From assembly GCA_964016885.1 (NCBI GenBank), contig OZ024743.1, positions 47,058,001-47,122,000 of the forward strand: a stretch of 64,000 nt of DNA, read 5' to 3'. The notes beneath the pieces are model-generated. The model had not been told where the DNA came from, made no database searches, and was given only the letters and a program-made list of their open reading frames with translations. A program made the translations under genes and the position numbers. Numbering within the stretch: the first letter of the stretch is position 1; each line of letters opens with the position of its first letter. Positions 24,780 to 38,800 of the stretch are shown here, one piece after another. Source of the stretch: Eledone cirrhosa. Taxonomy: Eukaryota.

Positions 24780-27700
24780 TTGTTTTTTTATGTCCTATCA
24801 ACTAATCCGACCTCCAAAATGCTTGCAATTGACTATTTTTTTAGCATATTAACAACAAATATGATTTCCACTGCAATTAAAAATGACTAGCTTTGTGAAT
24901 GGTTTTTCCACCCACTTTCTGCCTTCATTTTACTACAAAGCTAATCATTGACGATAGGTTTCAAAGGTATATTCATTCATATGTGAAAAAAATAGTCAAC
25001 TGTGAGCATTGGTGTGATGTAAATGGTAGGAGTAGGTGTTCTGTAATAAATTTACTATATGGTGAAGTATGGTTATGGTGAAGTATATCGTCTGGATTGG
25101 GGTAGATTAATGTGCTGTGGTGTGCTTTGTTATAAGTGAGGATTTAAATTTCCACTTTGCTTTATGTTACAAAAAAAAATTTTCCTTCATTTTTTGCATG
25201 TGCTATCAACTTCCAAGAAGCTCGCAGTGGACTATGCTTTTAGCATATTAACAAAAAATATGACTTCCGCTGCAATAAAACATGGCTAGCTTTGTAAATG
25301 GTATTTCCACCCACATCCTCCCTCTTTTTTCTACAAAGCTAGTCATTTTCATCAGGTTTCCATGTCATAACCATTGATAATATGTGCATAAAATAGTAAT
25401 TTGCGAGCACCTTTTATGTCAAATTAGGTGGCAAGCACAAAAAGAATTAAAAAAAAATTAAAAAAATGCCAGATGAAAATTTGTCACACCAAAATCAATA
25501 TCTTGGTGTGATGTAGTATGGTGTGGTTTGGTGAAGTTTCTACAAAGATAGTCATTTTCGACAGGTTTCCATGTCATAATTATTGATATGTGAAAAAAAG
25601 AAGTAAATTGGAAGCACCTTTAATGTCAGATTGGGTGGTAAGCACACAGAAAAAAAAAAAAGGAAACGGAAAAAAATGTTTCACACCAAGATCAAAAGCT
25701 TGGTGCGATGTAGTATGGTGTGGTTTGGTTTGGTGAAGTTATGAAATGGAAACCAATTCTAAACGATAGATTCCCATGTCATATTCATTGATAATGTGGG
25801 AAAATAGTCATTTGCAAGCACCTTTGATGTTAGTTTGGGTGGTAACCACAAAAAAAAAAAAAAAAGCAGGTAGCAAATTTGTCACATTGATGTCCATACC
25901 ATGGTGTGATGTAAATGATAGGAGGTAGATTAATGTGGTGTGGTGTGCTTTGTTATAAGTAAGGAATTAAATTTCATGTAAGAAAAAAAAATGTTTGCTT
26001 CACTTTTGCATGTGCTATCAACTAATACAACTTCCAAGATGCTCGCAGTGGACTATGCTTTTAGCATATTAATAAAAAATATGACTTCCGCTGCAATAAA
26101 AAATGGCTAGCTTTGTAAATGGTATTTCCACCCACATCCTCCCTCTTTTTTCTACAAAGCTAGTCATTTTCATCAGGTTTCCATGTCATAACCATTGATA
26201 ATATGTGCATAAAATAGTAATTTGCGAGCACCTTTTATGTCAAATTGGGTGGCAAGCACTAAAAAAAAAAAAAAATAAAAAAAATGCCGGATGAAAATTT
26301 GTCACACCAAAATCAATATCTTGGTGTGATGTAGTATGGTGTGGTTTGGTGAAGTTTCTACAAAGATAGTCATTTTCGACAGGTTTCCATGTCATAATTA
26401 TTGATATGTGAAAAAAAAAAGTGAATTGGAAGTACCTTTAATGTCAGATTGGGTAGTAAGCACACAAAAAAAAAAAAGGAAACGGAAAAAAATGTTTCAC
26501 ACCAAGATCAATAGCTTGGTGCGATGTAGTATGGTGTAACTTGGTATGGTGTGGTTTGGTTTGGTGAAGTTATGAAATGGAAACCAATTCTAAACGATAG
26601 ATTCCCATGTCATATTCATTGATAATGTGGGAAAATAGTCATTTGCAAGCACCTTTGATGTTAGTTTGGGTGGTAACCACAAAAAAAAAAAAAAAAAGCA
26701 GGTAGCAAATTCATCACATTGATGTCCATACCATGGTGTGATGTAAATGATAGGAGGTAGATTAATGTGATGTGGTGTGCTTTGTTATAAGTAAGGAATT
26801 AAATTTCATGTAAGAAAAAAAATTTTTGCTTCACTTTTGCATGTGCTATCAACTAATACAACTTCCAAGATGCTCGCAGTGGACTATGCTTTTAGCATAT
26901 TAACAAAAAATATGACTTCCGCTGCAATAAAAAATGGCTAGCTTTGTAAATGGTATTTCCACCCACATCCTCCCTCTTTTTTCTACAAAGCTAGTCATTT
27001 TCATCAGGTTTCCATGTCATAACCATTGATAATATGTGCATAAAATAGTAATTTGCGAGCACCTTTTATGTCAAATTGGGTGGCAAGCACTAAAAAAAAA
27101 AAAAAAATAAAAAAAATGCCGGATGAAAATTTGTCACACCAAAATCAATATCTTGGTGTGATGTAGTATGGTGTGGTTTGGTGAAGTTTCTACAAAGATA
27201 GTCATTTTCGACAGGTTTCCATGTCATAATTATTGATATGTGAAAAAAAAAAGTGAATTGGAAGTACCTTTAATGTCAGATTGGGTAGTAAGCACACAGA
27301 AAAAAAAAAGGAAACGGAAAAAAATGTTTCACACCAAGATCAATAGCTTGGTGCGATGTAGTATGGTGTAACTTGGTATGGTGTGGTTTGGTTTGGTGAA
27401 GTTATGAAATGGAAACCAATTCTAAAGGATAGATTCCCATGTCATATTCATTGATAATGTGGAAAAATAGTCATTTGCAAGCACCTTTGATGTTAGTTTG
27501 GGTGGTAACCACAAAAAAAAAAAAAAAAAAGCAGGTAGCAAATTTGTCACATTGATGTCCATACCATGGTGTGATGTAAATGATAGGAGGTAGATTAATG
27601 TGGTGTGCTTTGTTATAAGTAAGGAATTAAATTTCATGTAAGAAAAAAAATTTTTGCTTCACTTTTGCATGTGCTATCAACTAATACAACTTCCAAGATG

Positions 27701-30700
27701 CTCGCAGTGGACTATGCTTTTAGCATATTAACAAAAAATATGACTTCCGCTGCAATAAAACATGGCTAGCTTTGTAAATGGTATTTCCACCCACATCCTC
27801 CCTCTTTTTTCTACAAAGCTAGTCATTTTCATCAGGTTTCCATGTCATAACCATTGATAATATGTGCATAAAATAGTAATTTGCGAGCACCTTTTATGTC
27901 AAATTGGGTGGCAAGCACTAAAAAAAAAAAAAAATAAAAAAAATGCCGGATGAAAATTTGTCACACCAAAATCAATATCTTGGTGTGATGTAGTATGGTG
28001 TGGTTTGGTGAAGTTTCTACAAAGATAGTCATTTTCGACAGGTTTCCATGTCATAATTATTGATATGTGAAAAAAAAAAGTGAATTGGAAGTACCTTTAA
28101 TGTCAGATTGGGTAGTAAGCACACAGAAAAAAAAAAGGAAACGGAAAAAAATGTTTCACACCAAGATCAATAGCTTGGTGCGATGTAGTATGGTGTAACT
28201 TGGTATGGTGTGGTTTGGTTTGGTGAAGTTATGAAATGGAAACCAATTCTAAACGATAGATTCCCATGTCATATTCATTGATAATGTGGGAAAATAGTCA
28301 TTTGCAAGCACCTTTGATGTTAGTTTGGGTGGTAACCACAAAAAAAAAAAAAAAAAGCAGGTAGCAAATTCATCACATTGATGTCCATACCATGGTGTGA
28401 TGTAAATGATAGGAGGTAGATTAATGTGATGTGGTGTGCTTTGTTATAAGTAAGGAATTAAATTTCATGTAAGAAAAAAAATTTTTGCTTCACTTTTGCA
28501 TGTGCTATCAACTAATACAACTTCCAAGATGCTCGCAGTGGACTATGCTTTTAGCATATTAACAAAAAATATGACTTCCGCTGCAATAAAAAATGGCTAG
28601 CTTTGTAAATGGTATTTCCACCCACATCCTCCCTCTTTTTTCTACAAAGCTAGTCATTTTCATCAGGTTTCCATGTCATAACCATTGATAATATGTGCAT
28701 AAAATAGTAATTTGCGAGCACCTTTTATGTCAAATTGGGTGGCAAGCACTAAAAAAAAAAAAAAAATAAAAAAAATGCCGGATGAAAATTTGTCACACCA
28801 AAATCAATATCTTGGTGTGATGTAGTATGGTGTGGTTTGGTGAAGTTTCTACAAAGATAGTCATTTTCGACAGGTTTCCATGTCATAATTATTGATATGT
28901 GAAAAAAAAAAGTGAATTGGAAGTACCTTTAATGTCAGATTGGGTAGTAAGCACACAGAAAAAAAAAAGGAAACGGAAAAAAATGTTTCACACCAAGATC
29001 AATAGCTTGGTGCGATGTAGTATGGTGTAACTTGGTATGGTGTGGTTTGGTTTGGTGAAGTTATGAAATGGAAACCAATTCTAAAGGATAGATTCCCATG
29101 TCATATTCATTGATAATGTGGAAAAATAGTCATTTGCAAGCACCTTTGATGTTAGTTTGGGTGGTAACCACAAAAAAAAAAAAAAAAAAGCAGGTAGCAA
29201 ATTTGTCACATTGATGTCCATACCATGGTGTGATGTAAATGATAGGAGGTAGATTAATGTGGTGTGCTTTGTTATAAGTAAGGAATTAAATTTCATGTAA
29301 GAAAAAAAATTTTTGCTTCACTTTTGCATGTGCTATCAACTAATACAACTTCCAAGATGCTCGCAGTGGACTATGCTTTTAGCATATTAACAAAAAATAT
29401 GACTTCCGCTGCAATAAAACATGGCTAGCTTTGTAAATGGTATTTCCACCCACATCCTCCCTCTTTTTTCTACAAAGCTAGTCATTTTCATCAGGTTTCC
29501 ATGTCATAACCATTGATAATATGTGCATAAAATAGTAATTTGCGAGCACCTTTTATGTCAAATTGGGTGGCAAGCACTAAAAAAAAAAAAAAAAATTAAA
29601 AAAATGCCGGATGAAAATTTGTCACACCAAAATCAATATCTTGGTGTGATGTAGTATGGTGTGGTTTGGTGAATTTTCTACAAAGATAGTCATTTTCGAC
29701 AGGTTTCCATGTCATAATTATTGATATGTGAAAAAAAAGAAGTGAATTGGAAGTACCTTTAATGTCAGATTGGGTAGTAAGCACAAAGAAAAAAAAAAGG
29801 AAACGGAAAAAAATGTTTCACACCAAGATCAATAGCTTGGTGCGATGTAGTATGGTGTAACTTGGTATGGTGTGGTTTGGTTTGGTGAAGTTATGAAATG
29901 GAAACCAATTCTAAACGATAGATTCCCATGTCATATTCATTGATAATGTGGGAAAATAGTCATTTGCAAGCACCTTTGATGTTAGTTTGGGTGGTAACCA
30001 CAAAAAAAAAAAAAAAAGCAGGTAGCAAATTCATCACATTGATGTCCATACCATGGTGTGATGTAAATGATAGGAGGTAGATTAATGTGATGTGGTGTGC
30101 TTTGTTATAAGTAAGGAATTAAATTTCATGTAAGAAAAAAAATTTTTGCTTCACTTTTGCATGTGCTATCAACTAATACAACTTCCAAGATGCTCGCAGT
30201 GGACTATGCTTTTAGCATATTAACAAAAAATATGACTTCCGCTGCAATAAAAAATGGCTAGCTTTGTAAATGGTATTTCCACCCACATCCTCCCTCTTTT
30301 TTCTACAAAGCTAGTCATTTTCATCAGGTTTCCATGTCATAACCATTGATAATATGTGCATAAAATAGTAATTTGCGAGCACCTTTTATGTCAAATTGGG
30401 TGGCAAGCACAAAAAAAAAAAAAAAATAATAAAAATGCCGGATGAAAATTTGTCACACCAAAATCAATATCTTGGTGTGATGTAGTATGGTGTGGTTTGG
30501 TGAAGTTTCTACAAAGATAGTCATTTTCGACAGGTTTCCATGTCATAATTATTGATATGTGGAAAAAAAAAGTAAATTGGGAGCACCTTTAATGTCAGAT
30601 TGGGTAGTAAGCACACAGAAAAAAAAAAAGGAAACGGAAAAAAATGTTTCACACCAAGATCAATAGCTTGGTGCGATGTAGTATGGTGTAACTTGGTATG

Positions 30701-33700
30701 GTTTGGTTTGGTGAAGTTATGAAATGGAAACCAATTGTAAACGATAGATTCCCATGTCATATTCATTGATAATGTGTGGGAAAATAGTCATTTGCAAGCA
30801 CCTTTGATGTTAGTTTGAGGTGGTCACCACAAAAAAAAAAAAGCAGGTAGCAAATTTGTCACATTGATCTCCATACCATGGTGTGATATAAATGATATGA
30901 GTAGGTGTTCTGTAATAAATTTACCATATAGTGAAGTATGGTTATGGTGTGGATTGGGGTAGATTAATGTGCTGTGGTGTGCTTTGTTATAAGTGAGGAT
31001 TTAAATTTCCACTTTGCTTTATGTTACAAAAAAAAATTTTCCTTCATTTTTTGCATGTGCTATCAACTTCCAAGAAGCTCGCAGTGGACTATGCTTTTAG
31101 CATATTAACAAAAAATATGACTTCCGCTGCAATAAAAAATGGCTAGCTTTGTAAATGGTATTTCCACCCACATCCTCCCTCTTTTTTCTACAAAGCTAGT
31201 CATTTTCATCAGGTTTCCATGTCATAACCATTGATAATATGTGCATAAAATAGTAATTTGCGAGCACCTTTTATGTCAAATTAGGTGGCAAGCACAAAAA
31301 GAATTAAAAAAAAATTTAAAAAATGCCAGATGAAAATTTGTCACACCAAAATCAATATCTTGGTGTGATGTAGTATGTTGTGGTTTGGTGAAGTTTCTAC
31401 AAAGATAGTCATTTTCGACAGGTTTCCATGTCATAATTATTGATATGTGAAAAAAAGAAGTAAATTGGAAGCACCTTTAATGTCAGATTGGGTGGTAAGC
31501 ACACAGAAAAAAAAAAAAGGAAACGGAAAAAAATGTTTCACACCAAGATCAATAGCTTGGTGCGATGTAGTATGGTGTGGTTTGGTTTGGTGAAGTTATG
31601 AAATGGAAACCAATTCTAAACGATAGATTCCCATGTCATATTCATTGATAATGTGGGAAAATAGTCATTTGCAAGCACCTTTGATGTTAGTTTGGGTGGT
31701 AACCACAAAAAAAAAAAAGCAGGTAGCAACTTTGTCACATTGATGTCCATACCATGGTGTGATGTAAATGATAGGTAGATTAATGTGGTGTGGTGTGCTT
31801 TGTTATAAGTAAGGAATTAAATTTCATGTAAGAAAAAAAAATTTTTGCTTCACTTTTGCATGTGCTATCAACTAATACAACTTCCAAGATGCTCGCAGTG
31901 GACTATGCTTTTAGCATATTAACAAAAAATATGACTTCCGCTGCAATAAAAAATGGCTAGCTTTGTAAATGGTATTTCCACCCACATCCTCCCTCTTTTT
32001 TCTACAAAGCTAGTCATTTTCATCAGGTTTCCATGTCATAACCATTGATAATATGTGCATAAAATAGTAATTTGCAAGCACCATTTATGTCAAATTGGGA
32101 GGTAAGAACAAAAAAAAAAAAAAAAAAAAAATGCCAAATGAAAATTTGTCACACCAAAATCAATATCTTGGTGTGATGTAGTATGGTGTAGTTTGGTGAA
32201 GTTTCTACAAAGATAGTCATTTTCGACAGGTTTCCATGTCATAATTATTGATATGTGAAAAAAAAAAGTGAATTGGAAGTACCTTTAATGTCAGATTGGG
32301 TAGTAAGCACACAGAAAAAAAAAAGGAAACGGAAAAAAATGTTTCACACCAAGATCAATAGCTTGGTGCGATGTAGTATGGTGTAACTTGGTATGGTGTG
32401 GTTTGGTTTGGTGAAGTTATGAAATGGAAATCAATTCTAAAGGATAGATTCCCATGTCATATTCATTGATAATGTGGAAAAATAGTCATTTGCAAGCACC
32501 TTTGATGTTAGTTTGGGTGGTAACCACAAAAAAAAAAAAAGCAGGTAGAAAATTTGTCACATTGATGTCCATACCATGGTGTGATGTAAATGATAGGAGG
32601 TAGATTAATGTGATGTGCTTTGTTATAAGTAAGGAATTAAATTTCATGTAAGAAAAAAAATTTTTGCTTCACTTTTGCATGTGCTATCAACTAATACAAC
32701 TTCCAAGATGCTCGCAGTGGACTATGCTTTTAGCATATTGACAAAAAATATGACTTCCGCTGCAATAAAAAATGGCTAGCTTTGTAAATGGTATTTCCAC
32801 CCACATCCTCCCTCTTTTTTCTACAAAGCTAGTCATTTTCATCAGGTTTCCATGTCATAACCATTGATATGTGCATAAAATAGTAATTTGCGAGCACCTT
32901 TTATGTCAAATTGGGTGGCAAGCACTAAAAAAAAAAAAAAAATAAAAAAAATGCCGGATGAAAATTTGTCACACCAAAATCAATATCTTGGTGTGATGTA
33001 GTATGGTGTGGTTTGGTGAAGTTTCTACAAAGATAGTCATTTTCGACAGGTTTCCATGTCATAATTATTGATATGTGAAAAAAAAAGAAGTAAATTGGAA
33101 GTACCTTTAATGTCAGATTGGGTAGTAAGCACAAAGAAAAAAAAAAGGAAACGGAAAAAAATGTTTCACACCAAGATCAATAGCTTGGTGCGATGTAGTA
33201 TGGTGTAACTTGGTATGGTGTGGTTTGGTTTGGTGAAGTTATGAAATGGAAACCAATTCTAAACGATAGATTCCCATGTCATATTCATTGATAATGTGGG
33301 AAAATAGTCATTTGCAAGCACCTTTGATGTTAGTTTGGGTGGTAACCACAAAAAAAAAAAAAAAAAGCAGGTAGCAAATTCATCACATTGATGTCCATAC
33401 CATGGTGTGATGTAAATGATAGGAGGTAGATTAATGTGATGTGGTGTGCTTTGTTATAAGTAAGGAATTAAATTTCATGTAAGAAAAAAAATTTTTGCTT
33501 CACTTTTGCATGTGCTATCAACTAATACAACTTCCAAGATGCTCGCAGTGGACTATGCTTTTAGCATATTAACAAAAAATATGACTTCCGCTGCAATAAA
33601 AAATGGCTAGCTTTGTAAATGGTATTTCCACCCACATCCTCCCTCTTTTTTCTACAAAGCTAGTCATTTTCATCAGGTTTCCATGTCATAACCATTGATA

Positions 33701-35780
33701 ATATGTGCATAAAATAGTAATTTGCGAGCACCTTTTATGTCAAATTGGGTGGCAAGCACTAAAAAAAAAAAAAAATAATAAAAATGCCGGATGAAAATTT
33801 GTCACACCAAAATCAATATCTTGGTGTGATGTAGTATGGTGTGGTTTGGTGAAGTTTCTACAAAGATAGTCATTTTCGACAGGTTTCCATGTCATAATTA
33901 TTGATATGTGAAAAAAAAAGAAGTGAATTGGAAGTACCTTTAATGTCAGATTGGGTAGTAAGCACAAAGAAAAAAAAAAGGAAACGGAAAAAAATGTTTC
34001 ACACCAAGATCAATAGCTTGGTGCGATGTAGTATGGTGTAACTTGGTATGGTTTGGTTTGGTGAAGTTATGAAATGGAAACCAATTGTAAACGATAGATT
34101 CCCATGTCATATTCATTGATAATGTGTGGGAAAATAGTCATTTGCAAGCACCTTTGATGTTAGTTTGAGGTGGTCACCACAAAAAAAAAAAAGCAGGTAG
34201 CAAATTTGTCACATTGATCTCCATACCATGGTGTGATATAAATGATATGAGTAGGTGTTCTGTAATAAATTTACCATATAGTGAAGTATGGTTATGGTGT
34301 GGATTGGGGTAGATTAATGTGCTGTGGTGTGCTTTGTTATAAGTGAGGATTTAAATTTCCACTTTGATTTATGTTAGAAAAAAAATTTTCCTTCATTATT
34401 GACTGTGTTATCAACTTCCAAGAAGCTCGCAGTGGACTATGCTTTTAGCATATTAACAAAAAATATGACTTCCACTGCAATAAAAAATGACTAGCTTTGT
34501 AAATGGTATTTCCACCCACATCCTCCTTCTTTCTACAAAGCTAGTCATTTTCGACAGTTTTCCATGTCATAATTATTGATAATATGTGCGAAAAATAGTC
34601 AATTGCAGCACCTTTGATGTCAGATTGGGTGGTAAGAACACAAAAAAAAAAAAAAAGAAACAGGAAGAAAATTTTTCACACTGAGATCAAAAGCATGGTG
34701 TAATGTAGAATGGTGTAGTTTGTTGTGGTGTGGTTTGGATTGTTGTAGTTATGACATGGGAACCTATTGCAAATGATAGGTTTCCATGTTATATACATTG
34801 ATAATGTGTAAAAAAAATAGTCATTTGAGAGCACCTTTGATATCAGATTGGGTGGTAAGTACACACACATACAGAAAAAAAAAACATGAAGAAAAATGTT
34901 CTCACTGAGATTAATAGCATCGTGTGATGTAGTATGGTGTAGTTTGGTATGGTGTAGTTTGATGTAGTTTAATGTGGTATGGTTTTCCAACCTCCAACAT
35001 GCTCTCAGCCGACTATGCTTTTACCATCATCATCATCATTTTACGTCCACTTTTCCTTGCTTGCAAGGGTGGGACGGAAACTGATTCTGGCTTGATTTCT
35101 ACAGCTGGATGCCCTTCCTCACACCAACCTCATTTACAGTGAGTGCTGGGTGGTCTTTGCCGTGGCACCTACACGACCACTTTGCAGTGGAATGATAGGG
35201 ATACCAGTCCTATCATCTCATTTCTACAGCTGAGTAAACTGGAGCAATGTGAAATAAAGTGTCTTGTTCAAGGAAACAACACACCACCTGGTCTGAGAAT
35301 TGAACTTACAACCTTTCGATTGCAAGGCCAATGCTCTAACCACTAAGCCATGTGCCTCCATTACCATATTAACAACAAATATGACTTTCACTGCAATCAA
35401 AAATGACAAGCTTTGTGAATGGTGTTTCCACCCACTTTCCGCCCTCTTTTTTCTACAAAGCTAGTCATTTTCAATAGGTTTCAAAGTCTTCATTGATAAT
35501 ATGTGCAAAAAATAGTTAATTGCAAACACTTTTAATGTCAGATTGGGTGGTAAGCACACACACAAAAAAAGACAAAAAAAGCAGGAAGAAAATTTTTCAC
35601 ATTGAGTTCAATAGCATGGTGTGATGTAGTATGGTGTAGTTTGTTATGGTGTGGTTTGGTTTGGTGTAGTTGGTATGGTTTAGTTTGGTGTAGTTATAAC
35701 ATGGAAACCTATCATAAATTTACCAAGGTATGGTATAATCTGGTTTGGTGTAGTGTAGGTTAGTGTGGTGTGATGTGTTA
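24780..35780. repeat. ~830-bp tandem macrosatellite, ~11-12 homogeneous units plus diverged flanks
   Basis: Anchor gtgctatcaac recurs near 25200, 26012, 26843, 27671, 28502, 29330, 30163, 31057, 31862, 32681, 33512 and 34406. Confidence 0.97.
35028..35360 (-). mobile_element. SINE family B inserted in the satellite edge
   Basis: Full-length copy with TSD ttaccat (35021-35027 and 35361-35367). Confidence 0.9.
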
Positions 35781-35899
35781 TTGTGTTGCATCATATAGCG
35801 TGATTCTCTTTAAATTAAAATCATTAAAATGTAATGCCTATCTTCTATATCTTAAAGAGTGACCTTAAATGTGATTGCAAATGACTTTTTTCTCTGGAT

Positions 35900-38800
35900 T
35901 AATGTTAGTTTTAGGGTTAGTGTTAGGGTAAGTTTTACTGTTAATGGTAAGTTTATTGTTAGTGACTGTGTTACTGTTAGCATTACTGTCACTGTTAGTG
36001 TTACTGTAACTGTTACTCTTACAGTTACTGTTTGCGTTACTGTCTGGATCAGCGTTAGCATTTGCATAAGCGTCTATGTAAGCTTTTGTGTTAGTGTCTA
36101 TGTAGACTGGTGTTAGCATCTGCGTTAGTGTTTGCGTAAGTGTCAGCTTCTATGTCAGCATTTGCGTCAGCGTCTGCACTGGTGATAGTGATTGTGTCAG
36201 CATTTCCCTTAGCGTCTGAGTCAACATTAGTGTTAGCATTAGTGTTTGTTTCAGTGCCTACGTCTACGTCAGCTTCTGAGTCAGCATTATCATTAGCGTC
36301 CGCGTCAGCACTTGTGTCAGTGTCAGCGTTTGCATCAGCATGCACGTCAGCATTTGCATTAGTGTTTGAGTCAGTGTTAGCATCAGCGTTTGCATTTGTG
36401 TAGGGGTTAGCATTTGCGTCAGCATCTGCATCAGCATTCACATTAGCATTAGCGTTTCCTTTAACGTCTTTGTTAGCATTTCCGTTAGCGTCTGTGTCAG
36501 TGTTTCCATTAGCTTCTACGTCAGCGTTTCCGACAGCATCTATGTCAGTGTTTCCGTTAGCTTCTACGTCAGCATTTCCGACAGCATCTATGTCAGTGTT
36601 TCCGTTAGCTTCTACGTCAGCGTTTCCGACAGCATCTATGTCAGTGTTTCCGTTAGCTTCTACGTCAGCATTTCCGACAGCATCTATGTCAGTGTTTCCG
36701 TTAGCTTCTACGTCAGCGTTTCCGACAGCATCTATGTCAGTGTTTCCGTTAGCTTCTACGTCAGCATTTCCGACCGCGTCTGTGTCAGCGTCAGTATTTA
36801 CATCTACATCACCGTCAGCGTTTCAGTTAACGTCAGTGTTTACGTTAGCGTCTGTGTCAGCGTTTACATTAGCGTCTGTGTCAGCGTTTACGTTAGCGTC
36901 TGTGTCAGTGTTTACGTTAGCGTCTGTGTCAGTGTTTACGTTAGCTTCTACGTCAGCGTTTCCGTAACGTGTACGTCAGCGTTTTCCGTTAGCATTGGCG
37001 TTTCCATCAACCTTTCCTGTGGCGTCCGCATCATTGCAGCGTCTGCATATCCCATGTAAGCGTTAACTTCAGCATTTGCATCAGCGTTAGCCTTAGCCCT
37101 AGCGTCCACATCAGCATTTGCGTTAGCGTCAGCGCCGGCGTACTGCCTCAACATTTGCGTCAGCGTTAGCTTGGCTTTGGCTTCAGCAATCCGCATCAGC
37201 AATTGCGTTTTGGAGATCAGCTTCGGCGGTAAGGATAAACGCTAATTTCTACGCCTGCTTCTACGTAACAACTACGTCAGCGTTTTGTTAGCTTCTACGT
37301 CAGCATTTACATTAGCTTCTAAGTCAGCGTTTACATTTGCGTCTGTGTCAGCGTTTACGTTAGCTTCTACGTCATCGTTTACGTTAGCGTCTGTGTCAGT
37401 GTTTATATTAGCATCTGCGTCAGTGTTTACGTTAGCATCTGTGTTCACGTGTGTTAGCGTCTGTGTCAGCATTTTCATTAGTGTTTGCATCAGTGTTTCC
37501 TTTAGCTTCTACGTCAATGTTTACGTCTGCGTTAAGGTTCACATTAGCATCGTTGTCATCATTTGCGTCAGCATTTGCGCTTGCTTTAACATCTGCATCA
37601 ACATTTGCGTCTTTGTTTGCATTAGTGTCTGCATTTGCATTAGTGTCTGCATCAGCGTGAGCATTTGTGTCAGTGTCCACGTCAGCGTTAGAGTGTGTAG
37701 CATTTACATCAGCGTGTGCGTCAGAGTCTTTGTCAGCATTCGCCTTTGCACCTGCATCAGTATTCACGTTAGTGTTTGTGTCAGCGTAAGCGATTGTGTC
37801 AACATTTGCGCTAGCGTTTGTGCCAGCATAGCCATCTTCGTCAGTGTCAGCTTTGGCGTTAGTGTTTCCATTAGTGTTCGTGTTAGTGTTTGATTTTGTA
37901 TTAGTGTTAGCATTTTTGTTAGTGTTAGTGTTAGCATTTTTGTTAGTGTTAGTGTTAGTGTTCAGGTTAATGTTGACTTAGTTTTCTGGTTAGTGTTAGT
38001 TTTCAGGTTAGGGCTCATGTTACTTTTAGTGTTAGTGCTCAGGTTAGTGGTTTATGGTAGTGTTAGTTTTAGTGGTAGTGTTAGTGTTCAGGTTAATGTT
38101 CGTGTTAATGTCAGTTTTAGTGTTAGTGTTTACGGTAGTGTTAGTGTTTTATTTTGTGTTAATGTTTGTGTTAGTGTTTCCATTAGTGTTAGTGCTAGTC
38201 TTTGTTTTTCTGTTAATGTTAGTGTTTGTTTTAGTGTTGAGGTTAATGTTAGCTTAGTTTTCTGGTTAGTATCAGTTTTCGTGTTAGTTTTAGTGTTAGT
38301 GTTCAGGTTAGTGTTAGTTTTTATGGTAGTGTTAGTGTTACTGTTAGTGCTCAGATCAGTGTTAGTGTTTGTGTTACTGTTTATGGTAGTGTTAGTTTTA
38401 GTGCTAGTGTTTAGGTTAATGTTAGTTTTAGTGTAAGTGTTCAGGTTAGTGTTAGTGTTCAAGTTATGTTAGTGTTAATGTTAGTTTTAGTGTTAAGGTT
38501 AGTGTTAGAGATTGTGTTAGTGTTTGTTTTTGTGTTAATATTTGTGTTAGTATCTCTGTTAGCATTAGTGACTGATGTTTCCATTAGTGTTAGTGATTGT
38601 GTTAGCGTTAGTCTTTGTTTTTGTGTTAATGTTAGCATTAGTATTTCTGTTAGTGTTAGCATGAGTGTTTGTGTTAGTGTTCAGGTTAATGTTAGCTTAG
38701 TTTTCAGGTTAGTGTTAGTGTTCAAGTTAATGTTAGTTTTAGTGTTAGAGATTGTGTTAGTGTTTGTTTTTGTGTTAATATTTGTGTTAGTATCTCTGTT

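Noticed and set aside
26140-26185. CTGATGA..GAAA on the minus strand of every satellite unit (possible tandem hammerheads)
   Set aside because: No convincing helix II, and no helix I/III partner or UH site in the right place.
24780-35780. CRISPR-like or coding interpretation of the tandem array
   Set aside because: Units are ~830 bp and near-identical with no unique spacers. The ORFs are short, broken by A-tracts, and the context is eukaryotic.
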